Source: an uncultured bacterium (GTDB taxonomy: Bacteria > Chloroflexota > UBA5177 > JANWHV01). From it: DNA of 64,000 nucleotides. The position numbers and the translations under genes are program-made. The notes beneath the pieces were generated by a model. The model was given only the letters and a program-made list of their open reading frames with translations, did no database searches and had not been told where the DNA came from. The stretch's first letter is position 1. Each line of letters begins with the position of its first letter. The stretch is from contig CAVSOU010000010.1 of NCBI GenBank assembly GCA_963729625.1, positions 256,001 to 320,000 of the forward strand, in the 5' to 3' direction. Positions 1 to 10,389 of the stretch are shown here, one piece after another.

Positions 1-783
1 ACCGGCCTCGTGATCGTACTGTTCTGGCTGCTGATCTCGCTGCTGTCGCCGGTGCTGCCGCTTCTCGATCCGTACTTCGAGGACCTGTCGCACCGGCTCC
101 AGGGACCTGGGGTCGCCGGACATCTGCTTGGCACTGACTCGGTCGGCCAGGACGTTCTCAGTCGCCTGCTGCACGGTGGCGCGACATCGCTGGAGCTCGG
201 CGCGCTGGTGGTCATCCTGGGCGGCGTGATCGGGCTTACGATCGGCGTGGCGGCCGGCTACTACGGCGGGGTCGTCGACGAAGTCCTCATGCGCATGACG
301 GAAGTTGTGCTTGCGTTTCCAGTGATCGTGCTGGCTATCGCCGTGGCCGCTGGATTGGGCGCGAGCGAGAGGAACGCGGTGATCTCGCTGATGGTCGTCT
401 GGTGGCCTTCGTACGCGCGGCTCGGCCGTGGCCTTGTGCTTGGCATCAAGGAGCACGAATACGTGACGGCAGCGCGAGCGCTCGGTCAGGGGACACGCGG
501 AATCATGTGGCGCACGATCCTGCCGAACATGATCAGTCCCGTTGTCGTGTATGCGACCATCGATCTGGGCAACGCGATCACCACCCTTGCCGCGCTCAGC
601 TTCATCGGCGTGGGCGTGCCGCCGAACACGCCCGAGTGGGGCGTGATGATCAGTCAGGGCGCCAACAACTTCGATCAGTGGTGGATTTCCGTGTTCCCCG
701 GCGTCGCGCTCTTCAGCGTCATCGTCGGTTGCAACTTCTTCGGGGACGGGTTACGCGACGCTCTCGACCCTCGTGCGCAGTAA
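1..783 (+). CDS. Peptide/nickel ABC transporter permease (OppC/DppC family), 5' end cut by the window
   Basis: LGTDSVGQDVLSRLLHG N-terminal motif, EAA-like loop EYVTAARALG, C-terminal GDGLRDALDPR; the frame is open to the window edge. Confidence 0.93.
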   Translation, partial: TGLVIVLFWLLISLLSPVLPLLDPYFEDLSHRLQGPGVAGHLLGTDSVGQDVLSRLLHGGATSLELGALVVILGGVIGLTIGVAAGYYGGVVDEVLMRMTEVVLAFPVIVLAIAVAAGLGASERNAVISLMVVWWPSYARLGRGLVLGIKEHEYVTAARALGQGTRGIMWRTILPNMISPVVVYATIDLGNAITTLAALSFIGVGVPPNTPEWGVMISQGANNFDQWWISVFPGVALFSVIVGCNFFGDGLRDALDPRAQ

Positions 784-842
784 AGGAGCTTCCTGTGCTC
801 GGCGAGGACTCGGGAGCGTGAGTGGCGCGGGAATCGGGAGGT

Positions 843-929
843 TGGTGCCGAGGAGGAGACTCGAACTCCCATGAGCGCGATGCTCGCTAGCCCCTCAAGC
901 TAGTGCGTCTGCCATTTCGCCACCTCGGC
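843..929 (-). tRNA. tRNA-Leu(GAG), CCA encoded
   Basis: Reverse complement folds as a cloverleaf: anticodon arm CTAGC-TTGAGGG-GCTAG, long variable arm, GTTCGAGT T-loop, ends ACCA. Confidence 0.97.
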
Positions 930-940
930 TTACCTCCGGT

Positions 941-969
941 AGTATAGGGGTCACCTGGCAAGATGTCAA
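941..969 (-). promoter_or_regulatory. Sigma70-type promoter of tRNA-Leu
   Basis: Minus strand TTGACA (969-964), 17-bp spacer, TATACT (946-941). Confidence 0.9.
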
Positions 970-1770
970 ACTCCCTGCGGGCTAGATAGATAGGCACCGG
1001 CAAACGTCCGATTCCTGCCTCAAAAGCCTGTTTCCTGCTTGAAACAGGAATAAGTTATCCAGCGGGCTTGCGCGGCCACACACTGTCGTCGCCGCGGGGA
1101 GTCGTCGCGGTTGCGGCCGGTCGTTGCGGTCGTCGCGGGCGGGAGCCGGCGCCATGCCTTTCGCGGCTCGTTGTCGCGTGCCGAGGTTGCCGCCCTGCCG
1201 GCCCAGGCGTAGAGCTGGGGCTTAGCACCCTGCGCGCTGGACGATTATCCAAACGGCATGGACAAGCCCGCTTGATCGGACTAGAATGGGCCGCCAGGCG
1301 AGGAGGCGACCTCCCGCGCCACGCGCCGAGCGTGATTCCCGGCCCGTTTGAGAGTCCCGTAGAGTGTTTGGCCTGGAGTTGCGAGCGCTTCGACTGTTAG
1401 TCTGGGCGTGTGGAAGGGATGAGTGCCTGCAACGGCGATAACCCGATTCTCAGTTCGTGGAGCGGGGCGCGAACATGACAACGATTCTGAGCAGAGCGAG
1501 ACGTGCCTTGATCATCGCCCGGGTCGGGACCGTGCTGGTAGCAGCAGCGTGTGCCACTTACGCCGCGGGCTTACGGTTGCTTGATGGTGGTTCCGGCTTC
1601 GGCGCCAGTCTTGTCAGCCCCGGCACAGGCACAAGCCCACTTGCGTTACAGTCTGCTCTTCGCGTTAGGGGCGGTGGTGACCAGCGCAACGTTATGCGTG
1701 GCTGTTGCACGGATATCTCGCGCAGTGCGATGATCGCCGCAGTGGAACAGCGTTGCCGTCGGAGGTGGGC

Positions 1771-2792
1771 ATGAAAGGCAAAATGCCCGGCGTGAGCCGA
1801 AGTACGGCGGCTGCGACCTGCGTGTTCTTGATTCTTGCGGGCTGCGCGGTGGTCGCGGCTCACGTCCTTGATGACAAGATTCCCGTATCCGCAGATCGCT
1901 ATGATGCGCTAGACATAACGCCGCCCTATTGGCTGCTCCTCGGCTGGGGGTAGTACTTCTGCTAGTGTTCGCCGCTTCGAAAGCGTGGATGGCCCCCATC
2001 AGCGGAGGTGTCAGCCGGGCTCTCTTCCGACTGGCCGGCGCAGGGACGTTCCTCGATGGCCTGCTCATGGCATTCGGTGATTGGAATGCGATTACCAGAC
2101 CATGTGCACCCGGAGAGGACTCAATCTGCTTCATCGGATGTACCTGCAGTAGAATCGATCAGGCGGATTGGGCGAAGTGGGTGCACTGAGACAGACTTCA
2201 GATCCCCCTGCACCTGGGGGCCTGCGTGCTGCTCGTCATCGCATTCCGCTTTGCAGCCCTGACCTGGAGGCAGCTGCGAAGCAGCACCGTCAAAGATCAA
2301 AGATCGAGACACACACCAAGCCCTGCTGACAGAGCAGTTCAGTGCCTCGATGCGATGAACGGGCGACCTGAAACGCAGCGCTTGGACGGCGGCGAATGCG
2401 CCATCTTGGCGGCCCGGCTGCTCAACTACGATCGTGTTCCTCCCTGGCAGGCGCTGCCTGACGACGACGCGCTACAACTGTCCGAACCGTTCCTCGACGT
2501 CGAGTGGGAGGACGTGCTTGGCGCGCTGTATGACGCGATGGCTGAGGGAAGCAGGCGATTCGTCATTCGCAAAGAGGGCTTGACCGCGCATGCACCATAC
2601 AACGCGCTGGTGGCGTATCGGCGCCCCGAGCGTCGCAGCTTCTGGGTCAGCCTGCTCGTGGAATTCGCCGCTCCCTCGTTGCCCGATGCAGTCAACGAGC
2701 GACCCGAAACGCAGTGGCCGGATGGCAGCGAATCGCTAGTGGTCTCCCCTCCTGACACGTCGACTGAGGTGCCAGTAACTTACTACTACTGA
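1771..2792 (+). pseudogene. Disrupted membrane-protein gene (frameshift at G5 tract 1946-1950, in-frame TGA 2187-2189)
   Basis: Hydrophobic segments continue across ORFs 1771-1953, 1929-2189 and 2226-2792; the last two are in the same frame, and one extra G joins the first two. Confidence 0.5.
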
Positions 2793-3302
2793 TTCTCGTG
2801 GGCTGCTCAATGGTCGCGGCTCACCTCAGCATTTCCCGGCTTGGGCAAGCAGGAATCGCAGTATTGACGGTCCGCGCCGTGCACAGGTTGACCGCAACGG
2901 GTACATGTGGGCGAAAACGCGGGCCGCGGGAAAGATGCCGGCTTTGGCGGCTTGGTGCGCACGCCAGCCCGGCCGCACTGCACCTGCTCTGGGTCAACAG
3001 CGTAGGAAGCGCTGAGGGGTTTGGATCCGGCTTCTTGGGACTGCCAGCACGACCGCCGTGCGCGGATTCGTCACGGGTGCTGGCGCCGACCCTACACTAC
3101 CCGCCGTCGTGTGTGCCGATGCCTCCCGCAGACTGCTGGCCGTCGTGTCCACCTGCCATGGGGCGCCCGCCTCATCGCCGCTCGTACCGGTTCTACGGCC
3201 TGCCCTCGCGTTCGGCCGCGACCTGTGGTGCGGCAGGCCTAGGCAGCTCGCAGCCACCAGGCGCTAGGGCGGCACGTGCTGCAACCAGGGAAGAATGGCT
3301 TG

Positions 3303-3524
3303 CTATAAGCTGCTGGAGACGGTATTCAACGTCGTCGAAATCCGGGGCTGCAAGTACTTGAGAGCCACGATCACAAGAATCGCGATCAGGGCGAGAATGA
3401 GCGCGTACTCGACCAGCCCTTGCCCCTTGTGCGTATCGAGCAGCCGTGCGAACCACTGCTGGAATCTGATGGTCGCCAGCTGAACTCTGTCGGCAAACCG
3501 TGCCTTGGTCGGGTCCGATTCCAT
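3303..3524 (-). CDS. flp: Flp family type IVb pilin
   Basis: KG|QGLVEYALILALIAILVIVAL Flp motif; AAGGAG RBS upstream. Confidence 0.92.
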   Translation of the reverse strand: MESDPTKARFADRVQLATIRFQQWFARLLDTHKGQGLVEYALILALIAILVIVALKYLQPRISTTLNTVSSSL

Positions 3525-3631
3525 CAGAGATCTTCTCCTTGCGCTCCGCGGGAGTACCGAAACCGCACCAAACCGTGGAAACTGCTTCTGCCTCTATGCC
3601 ACATTCTCGCACGGTTATTGCGGTTCGCTGA

Positions 3632-3660
3632 TACCCGAATGGGTACTACCCGAAATGGGT
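3632..3660. promoter_or_regulatory. Tandem palindromic operator-like sites upstream of flp
   Basis: TACCCGAATGGGTA (3632-3645) and TACCCGAAATGGGT (3647-3660). Confidence 0.55.
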
Positions 3661-4334
3661 GCCGGAGGGCTGGAAGCCGGTTGAGCGACGCGAGGGCACG
3701 CGCAATAGTGCTGAGGCCGCGACCGACGCCCTTGGCGTCGCACTGACAGTTCGGCAGGGTCCTTGCTCTGTCATTGCGAGAGAACTCTCGCTGCTGCTCC
3801 AAGCGCCGGCCTCCTGGCTCCAGCGTTCGACAGTCGCCTCGGAGCACCAGCTGCTCTAGCTGGAACGCGAGCTGAGCAACAATGGGCTTTTTGACGGATG
3901 TTCTGCCGCAGGCCGCACCGTGAGCATATCGGTGGCGAGAAAGCTGCCGGACCGGGTTCACAGCACAGCGGCAGTGGAGGTGACGAGATGCAAGCCTTCA
4001 GGCCGGCGACAGCCGGCGAAAACCCATGCTCGCGACCACATATGGTGGTGTCTTGCGGCTTGGTCGGCGAGAATCAGGTAGGCCCTGCACCGCCCGAGCC
4101 ACAATTGACAGGTCGGCAACAAGCGGTTAGACTCCTCAAGGGAGCCATAGCCACTGGCTGCGTTTTGGTGTGCCCAGAATCCGCGAAATGTGCCTGGCGG
4201 CGCAGTGGGGCTTCGTGGTGTTCTTGTGCGTGCAGGAAGCGCATTCGACCAAGGCTTGAAGGGAACCAACGCGTAGCAGCAAAAGCGCAGTAGGCAGGGC
4301 TTAGCAAGCCGGCGTGATCGCTGTCACGGCGTGG

Positions 4335-4360
4335 AGAAGTGGGCACGATGCCCACTTCTT
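4335..4360 (+). promoter_or_regulatory. rimP/nusA-leader-type attenuator hairpin
   Basis: Perfect 11-bp stem AGAAGTGGGCA-cga-TGCCCACTTCT ending 65 nt upstream of nusA; resembles the GTGGG..CCCAC hairpin known upstream of rimP-nusA operons. Confidence 0.65.
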
Positions 4361-4424
4361 GCTATCTGGGGACGTTTTCGCGAGGTTCGAGGTTGGGCAT
4401 CGAGCAGTAAGGGCGAGCGACACA

Positions 4425-5513
4425 ATGAAAAACGATTTTCTCACTGCAATCCTGCAGATCACGGACGAGAAACATTTGCCCAAAGACGTCGTGGTCCAGG
4501 CGATTGAATCGGCGCTCACCGCGACATACAAGCGAAACCTGGGTCCCGTGCCGGAGGTCCACGTACGGCTGAATGAGCATACCGGCGAGTTCAGGATATT
4601 CGCCGAGAAGCGCGTCGTGATCGACGTCAAGGATCCCAAAGTCGAGATCTCGCTCAAGGACGCGCAGGAGCTGCCCGAGACGGCGGGGCTGGACGCAGTC
4701 GTGGAAGTGGAAATCGTGAAGCCCGCGGACTTCGGGCGAATCGCCGCACAGACCGCTCGGCAGGTCATCATGCAGCGTATCAACGACGCTGAGCGCGACA
4801 AGCTCTACAGTGAACTCGTCGGGCACGAAAACGACCTGCATGGCGGCATTGTGCAGCGGATCGAACCAGGGCGAGGAGTAGTCCTGGACCTCGGAAAGGT
4901 CGAAGCCCTGCTCCCTCCTCAGGAACAGGCCCCCGGCGAACACTACCGAGTAGGGCAGCGTCTGAAAGTCTATATGATGGAGATCGCCAAGTCGCCGCGT
5001 GGACTGCAGGTTACAGTCTCCAGGACGCATCGGAACCTTGTGAAGCGGCTCTTCGAGCTTGAGGTCCCGGAGATCTTCACTGGTTTGGTGGAAATCAAGG
5101 CAATCGCCCGCGATCCGGGAGTGCGTACTAAGGTTGCGGTAGCGGCACGACAGGAGAATGTCGATCCCGTCGGCGCGTGCGTGGGGCAGCGAGGCGTGCG
5201 TATCCAAAACGTGGTGAACGAATTGAATGGCGAGAAGATCGACGTTGCGCAGTGGAACAGCGATCCGGCAACTTTTGTTGCGAACGCACTCAGACCGGCG
5301 ACGGTGCTTCGGGTCACAATCGATGAGAGCACGAAGAGCGCGCTGGTCGTCGTCCCAGAGCGTGAGCTTTCCCTGGCAATAGGCAAAGACGGACAGAATG
5401 CGCGTCTCGCCGCGCGCCTGACCGGTTGGAGGATCGACATCAAGCGCCCGTCCGAGCAGGCGGTTACCGAGCAGACCGGCCCGAACGTAGCGAGTGGCGG
5501 GCACAAGAGATAA
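4425..5513 (+). CDS. nusA: Transcription termination/antitermination factor NusA
   Basis: DFGRIAAQTARQVI, S1 domain, KH motifs VGACVGQRGVRI and LAIGKDGQNARLAARLTGWRIDI. Confidence 0.98.
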   Translation: MKNDFLTAILQITDEKHLPKDVVVQAIESALTATYKRNLGPVPEVHVRLNEHTGEFRIFAEKRVVIDVKDPKVEISLKDAQELPETAGLDAVVEVEIVKPADFGRIAAQTARQVIMQRINDAERDKLYSELVGHENDLHGGIVQRIEPGRGVVLDLGKVEALLPPQEQAPGEHYRVGQRLKVYMMEIAKSPRGLQVTVSRTHRNLVKRLFELEVPEIFTGLVEIKAIARDPGVRTKVAVAARQENVDPVGACVGQRGVRIQNVVNELNGEKIDVAQWNSDPATFVANALRPATVLRVTIDESTKSALVVVPERELSLAIGKDGQNARLAARLTGWRIDIKRPSEQAVTEQTGPNVASGGHKR

Positions 5514-5522
5514 GAGATCGCT

Positions 5523-5852
5523 ATGTCCACGCCCAATCGCCCACAGAAGGCCGCGACTGCGAAGAGAAAGTCCGCAACCAAGCATGTGCCGGAGCGCACC
5601 TGCGTGGCATGCCGGACTTCGCGGCCAAAGCGGCACCTGGTCCGTGTCGTACGTACCGCGGAAGGGAACGTAGAAGTAGATAGAACCGGCCGGAAGGCTG
5701 GAAGGGGTGCGTACCTGTGCCCGGCTCAGGAATGCTGGCGACTTGCCAGGACCAGGAAGTCACTGGATCAAGCGCTCTCCGTGACTGTCACGGCCGATGC
5801 GTGGGCACTGCTCGAAGAATATGCAGAACGATTACCGGAGGCGCGGATTTGA
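5523..5852 (+). CDS. ylxR: YlxR/RnpM family RNA-binding protein
   Basis: PERTCVACR, GRGAYLC motifs; sits between nusA and infB. Confidence 0.95.
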   Translation: MSTPNRPQKAATAKRKSATKHVPERTCVACRTSRPKRHLVRVVRTAEGNVEVDRTGRKAGRGAYLCPAQECWRLARTRKSLDQALSVTVTADAWALLEEYAERLPEARI

Positions 5853-5874
5853 AGCGCCTGCTTCGGAGGTAACT

Positions 5875-7803
5875 ATGGCGGGACAACGACCTGGTGGTGG
5901 CAATAGAGGAGGAACCAGACGTCCAGGTGGTCGCGGCAGTGGCCCGCGACCGGGAGGACGTGGAGGTCAGCGCGGTGCCCCGGGCGGCGTCGCAGTTCTT
6001 GAAGGGCGCGACGAAGGACTGGCATCCGCAGACCGGCTGCAATCGGTTGAGCTTCCATCGGTCATGACCGTCAAGGAACTCGCGGAAACGCTGTCCGTCG
6101 AGCCGGTACAGGTAATGAAGCTCCTGATCAAGAATGGCATGATGGCCACTATCAATCAGGAAATCGACTTTGATACGGGGGCCATTGTTGCGTCAGAGCT
6201 GGGTGTCGAAGCTACCGAGCAAAAGCGTGCCGCGCCCGAAACGGAGCCCCAGCAGGCGGTCATAGAGGGTTCGCTGCCTGTCGAGGACGACCCTGCGAAG
6301 TTGAAGCCGCGGCCACCGGTCGTAACTATTATGGGCCACGTCGACCACGGAAAGACGTCGTTGCTGGATGCCATTCGGCAGACAAACGTCGTCGCGGGCG
6401 AAGCAGGCGGCATTACCCAGCATATTGGTGCGTATCAGGTCGAGAAGACTGGTAAGAGGATTACGTTTCTTGACACGCCTGGACACCAGGCGTTCACGGC
6501 CATGCGCGCTCGCGGCGCGCAGGTAACCGACCTGGTCATTATTGTGGTCGCGGCCGATGATGGTGTGATGCCTCAGACCCGCGAGGCGATCGCGCACGCC
6601 AGGGCGGCCCGCGTCCCCATTGTCGTGGCCATCAACAAGATTGACACTCCGGGCGCCAATCCTGACCGCGTGAAGCAAGAACTGGCGCTGATCGGCGTCC
6701 AGGTCGAGGAATACGGCGGCGACGTGGTGTGTGTCGAAGTCTCGGCGAAGAAGAAGGTCGGTCTGCAAGAGCTGCTCGACATGATTCTGTTGGTCACTGA
6801 GATACAGGACTTGAAGGCAAATCCGGACCGGCCGGCTATCGGCACTGTGGTCGAGGCACGTCTCGACCGCATGAAGGGCTCGATGTGCACGGTGCTCGTT
6901 CGCAGCGGCACCCTCAGGCAGGGCGACACGGTGGTCGTCGGCAGCGTCTACGGCCGGGTGCGGGCTATGTACAACGATCGCGGCAAGCCGATCAAGGCAG
7001 CAGGCCCGTCGTTTCCAGCCGAGGTACTCGGTCTTCTCAACGTGCCGGCCGCGGGTGACACGCTACAAGTGTTTAGCGACGAGAAGTATGCACGCACATT
7101 GGCCGGCGACCGCGCGCGCGAGAAGCGCGCCGAGTCGTTGCAGCCTACCAAGAAGCTTGGACTCGCCGACCTGTCGTTGTTCATTCAAGCCGGCCAGATG
7201 AAGGAGCTGAACATCGTCCTCAAGGCCGATGTCCAGGGCTCGGTCGAGGCGGTCAGGAGTGAGCTTGAGAAGCTCTCGAATGAAACCGTGAAGCTCAACG
7301 TGCTGCTGTCGGACACCGGACCGGTTACCGACTCCGACATTCAGCTCGCGGCGGCGTCGCAAGCCATTGTCGTCGGATTCAACGTCAGACTTGACGCCGG
7401 CGCCAAGAACGCCGTGAGCGCTACCGGCGTCGACGTGCGATTTTATGACATCATCTACAAGCTGACCGAGGACATTGAAGCAGCGTTACGCGGAATGCTC
7501 GATCCGTCGTATGAAGACGTCGTTACGGGCCACGCCGAGGTCTTGCAGATCTTTCCTGCGTCCAAGACCGAGAAGGCCGCCGGATCGAAGATCATCGACG
7601 GGACAGTGCATCGCGCCGACAACGTGCGGGTCCTTCGGAACGACAAGGTCGTTGGCGAGTCGAAGGTTGTTTCGCTGCGCCGCGGTCGAGACGATGCGCG
7701 CGAGGTCAACTCCGGTTTCGAGTGCGGCATCGTACTGGACCAATACAACGATTTCGAGGTTGGCGACATTCTCGAGAGTTGGACGCGAGCGAAGGTAGTG
7801 TAG
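5875..7803 (+). CDS. infB: Translation initiation factor IF-2
   Basis: [21 protein letters not shown] GTPase motifs; GGAGGT RBS before ATG 5875. Confidence 0.98.
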   Translation: MAGQRPGGGNRGGTRRPGGRGSGPRPGGRGGQRGAPGGVAVLEGRDEGLASADRLQSVELPSVMTVKELAETLSVEPVQVMKLLIKNGMMATINQEIDFDTGAIVASELGVEATEQKRAAPETEPQQAVIEGSLPVEDDPAKLKPRPPVVTIMGHVDHGKTSLLDAIRQTNVVAGEAGGITQHIGAYQVEKTGKRITFLDTPGHQAFTAMRARGAQVTDLVIIVVAADDGVMPQTREAIAHARAARVPIVVAINKIDTPGANPDRVKQELALIGVQVEEYGGDVVCVEVSAKKKVGLQELLDMILLVTEIQDLKANPDRPAIGTVVEARLDRMKGSMCTVLVRSGTLRQGDTVVVGSVYGRVRAMYNDRGKPIKAAGPSFPAEVLGLLNVPAAGDTLQVFSDEKYARTLAGDRAREKRAESLQPTKKLGLADLSLFIQAGQMKELNIVLKADVQGSVEAVRSELEKLSNETVKLNVLLSDTGPVTDSDIQLAAASQAIVVGFNVRLDAGAKNAVSATGVDVRFYDIIYKLTEDIEAALRGMLDPSYEDVVTGHAEVLQIFPASKTEKAAGSKIIDGTVHRADNVRVLRNDKVVGESKVVSLRRGRDDAREVNSGFECGIVLDQYNDFEVGDILESWTRAKVV

Positions 7804-7806
7804 TCA

Positions 7807-8160
7807 ATGACGCAGTACAGGTCAGAGCGCCTGAGCCACGCCATCCAGCGTTTCGTGAGCGAGGCACTGCAGTTTGAGCTTCGAGATCCACGCTTGAACA
7901 TGGCAAGTGTTACCAGGGTCGAGGTAAGCCATGACATGCAGCATGCAAAAGTATTCATCAGCGCAGTGACTCCAGAAGACCGCGATGAGGCCGCTAAGGT
8001 ACTTGAGCGCGCCCGCGGATTCTTGCGAAGAGGCCTCGCCGCGCAACTCACCACGCGAACCACTCCTGAACTGCACTTCGTCGCCGATCCATCGGTGGTC
8101 GGCGGTGACCATGTCCTGGCGATCATGCGGGAGATTGAAGCGCAGGAAGGATCGCGGTAG
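7807..8160 (+). CDS. rbfA: Ribosome-binding factor A
   Basis: RDPRL, VTRVEVSHDMQHAKVF, RTTPELHF; follows infB. Confidence 0.96.
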   Translation: MTQYRSERLSHAIQRFVSEALQFELRDPRLNMASVTRVEVSHDMQHAKVFISAVTPEDRDEAAKVLERARGFLRRGLAAQLTTRTTPELHFVADPSVVGGDHVLAIMREIEAQEGSR

Positions 8161-9179
8161 TGCAGGAAGGCGGAAGCGCCCAGGGCGGCGGCAACAATGC
8201 GTCGCTACGTGAGATCGCAGGCTTGCTTCGTGCCAGTCACGATGTCATTGTGCTCACGCACCGGAACCCCGACGGCGACGCGGTGGGTTCAGCCACGGCG
8301 TTGGCCGCTGCACTTCGGGGCATGGGAGCGGGCGTGACATTGGTGTGCCCGGATCCCGTGCCAGGCTACCTGCTCAAGGTACCGGGAGCATCGGACTTCA
8401 TCCATTCCATCGAGCGGACCGACTACGATCTCGTGGTGTCGGTGGACGTGTCGGATCCATCATTGCTCAAGCCGCTTCCCGTTGCTGAGGCTGGGTTCTT
8501 TCGAGACCGCCCCTCGATCAATATCGACCATCATTTCAGCAACCTCTACTATGCGAGCCTCAACTACGTTGACGTCGATGCCGCCTCGGCGACAGAGATC
8601 GTGGGCACCCTGTTACGCGATGAGCTTGGACTGGACTACACGACCGAGATTGCATCCGGCCTGCTGTACGGCGTGGTCAACGACACGCATTCGTTTCAGA
8701 ATTCGAACACGTCGCCAAGGACACTTCGCTTCTCCGCTGAACTGGTCGAGGCCGGCGCGGACCTCGCGGGCACCGTCTTCAATCTGCTGCTGGAGAAGCG
8801 AGTTTCGGCGGCACGCCTGTGGGCAGTGACGCTTCCCTCCCTGCGTTTTGCCGACAACGAGCGGGTCGCAATGCTCACCGTGTCGCTCGACGCCCTGACG
8901 CGTGCGGGCGGCACGATGGAAGATGCGGACGGCCTCGTTGAATTCCTGCGCAACATTCAAGGAGTTGACATGGCTGTGCTCTTTAAACAGACATCGCCCG
9001 ACGAGTATCGCCTGAGTCTGAGGACAAGTCCTGTTGTCGACGCCACTGTCGTGGCCGGAACCTTCGGTGGCGGCGGGCATCAGCGAGCCTCAGGGGGTGA
9101 TGCGCGAGGTACACTGGAGGACATCGAGCGACGTATTATGGCGGTATATAGTGCGACTCGCGCGTCCGACACTACGTAG
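8160..9179 (+). CDS. nrnA: DHH/DHHA1 phosphoesterase (NrnA-like nanoRNase/pAp phosphatase)
   Basis: HRNPDGDAVGS, NIDHH, GGGGHQRASG motifs; rbfA-DHH-truB synteny. Confidence 0.92.
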   Translation: MQEGGSAQGGGNNASLREIAGLLRASHDVIVLTHRNPDGDAVGSATALAAALRGMGAGVTLVCPDPVPGYLLKVPGASDFIHSIERTDYDLVVSVDVSDPSLLKPLPVAEAGFFRDRPSINIDHHFSNLYYASLNYVDVDAASATEIVGTLLRDELGLDYTTEIASGLLYGVVNDTHSFQNSNTSPRTLRFSAELVEAGADLAGTVFNLLLEKRVSAARLWAVTLPSLRFADNERVAMLTVSLDALTRAGGTMEDADGLVEFLRNIQGVDMAVLFKQTSPDEYRLSLRTSPVVDATVVAGTFGGGGHQRASGGDARGTLEDIERRIMAVYSATRASDTT

Positions 9180-9345
9180 ACGAAAGGCGCCGTTTCGGCC
9201 GAACGCGTGGCGCCAGCGGGCCGGAGCGCAAGAGTGCCAGGAGGAGATGGTCTCTCTGCTATGGTAGTTGCGTCTAGACCATGCGAGCATAGTCCCGTAG
9301 CAAGCGGTGTCGGTTGGACGGTACCGGCGAGTCCCTTCTAGAAAA

Positions 9346-10389
9346 ATGGACGGAATACTGGCGGTCGACAAACCCTACGGATGGACCTCCCATGATGTTG
9401 TGGCGAAGCTCAGAAGCCTGGCACATCAAAGGCGAATAGGGCACGCGGGTACGCTCGATCCCATGGCGACGGGCGTGCTGCTTCTTTGCCTGGGTGATGC
9501 CACGCGTGTGAGCGAGATGCTCATGGAGGGCGTGAAATGGTACCTGGCTCGAGTGGCGTTCGGCGTGGCCACCGACACGGACGATGCCCTGGGGACCGTT
9601 CTTTCCATGCAGCCAGCATCCTTCACGGTCGAGCAGCTCATCGCTGCCCTGCGGCAGCAGGTCGGAGCATTGCAACAAACCCCCCCGGCTTTCGCGGCGA
9701 TCAAGAGCGGAGGTGTGCCGAGCTATCGGCGGGCGCGCGCGGGTCAGGCAGTAGAGCTCGCACCGCGATCTGTCACGGTCCACTCCATCACGCTCCTCGA
9801 ATTCGCACCGGCCGGCGGCAAAGTCTCGGCGGGACCGTCAGGCGGGACAAGGCGAGGCGGTGATGCAGATACCACGTCGGCTTCGCGCCCAGGCGGTGAA
9901 AGTCCCGCGCGGGGCGCAATGGGTGCTTTCGCGCGGCCATCAGGGTTGGCCCGGGCAACGATTCTCGTCTCGTGCGGTAAGGGAACATATATCCGGTCGA
10001 TCGCTCGAGACGTCGGCAGCGCGCTCGGCTGCGGAGCGCACCTGTCTGGCCTGCGACGGCTCGCCAGCGGAGGGTTCACCACAAGCGATTGCGCGGAGAT
10101 CGGCGACCTCCAGAGAGTGACGGCCGATCAGGGCCTGACGGCGATTGAACGTCGCCTTGTGGACACTGACGCGGCATTGGCAGATTGGCCCGCGATCGTG
10201 GTGGATGCCAAGCTGGCAGCCGGAATCGCGAACGGCGCGCGGTTCGTGGTCGAGCGCGTGCTTCCCCAACGACGTGCCCGCCTCTACAGCACTCGTGGGG
10301 CTCTTCTCGGCCTCGCGGACGTCGATACACTGCGGGCGGACCATTCCACCGTACAGCCGTACATCGTGTTTGCCGGAGCGGCGTCGTGA
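9346..10389 (+). CDS. truB: tRNA pseudouridine(55) synthase
   Basis: DKPYGWTSHD, GHAGTLDPMATG, CGKGTYIRS. Confidence 0.96.
   Translation: MDGILAVDKPYGWTSHDVVAKLRSLAHQRRIGHAGTLDPMATGVLLLCLGDATRVSEMLMEGVKWYLARVAFGVATDTDDALGTVLSMQPASFTVEQLIAALRQQVGALQQTPPAFAAIKSGGVPSYRRARAGQAVELAPRSVTVHSITLLEFAPAGGKVSAGPSGGTRRGGDADTTSASRPGGESPARGAMGAFARPSGLARATILVSCGKGTYIRSIARDVGSALGCGAHLSGLRRLASGGFTTSDCAEIGDLQRVTADQGLTAIERRLVDTDAALADWPAIVVDAKLAAGIANGARFVVERVLPQRRARLYSTRGALLGLADVDTLRADHSTVQPYIVFAGAAS

Noticed and set aside
1027-1254. Hairpin CCTGTTTC/GAAACAGG and TTATCCA boxes as an origin
   Set aside because: Only two imperfect DnaA-like boxes, no AT-rich unwinding element and no dnaA context.
2187-2189. Selenocysteine or recoded TGA
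   Set aside because: No redox motif context or recognisable SECIS; TGA is used as a normal stop throughout the window.
843-3300. Genomic island integrated at tRNA-Leu
   Set aside because: The degraded region lies upstream (5') of the tRNA, not at its 3' end; no integrase and no repeat of the tRNA 3' end was seen.
3700-4300. c-di-GMP riboswitch or raiA-type RNA, or a coding gene, between flp and nusA
   Set aside because: Only short fragments (GGGCAC, GCCAGTGG, GAGCATGG) resemble the consensus; the required stems could not be built, and the ORFs are not protein-like.
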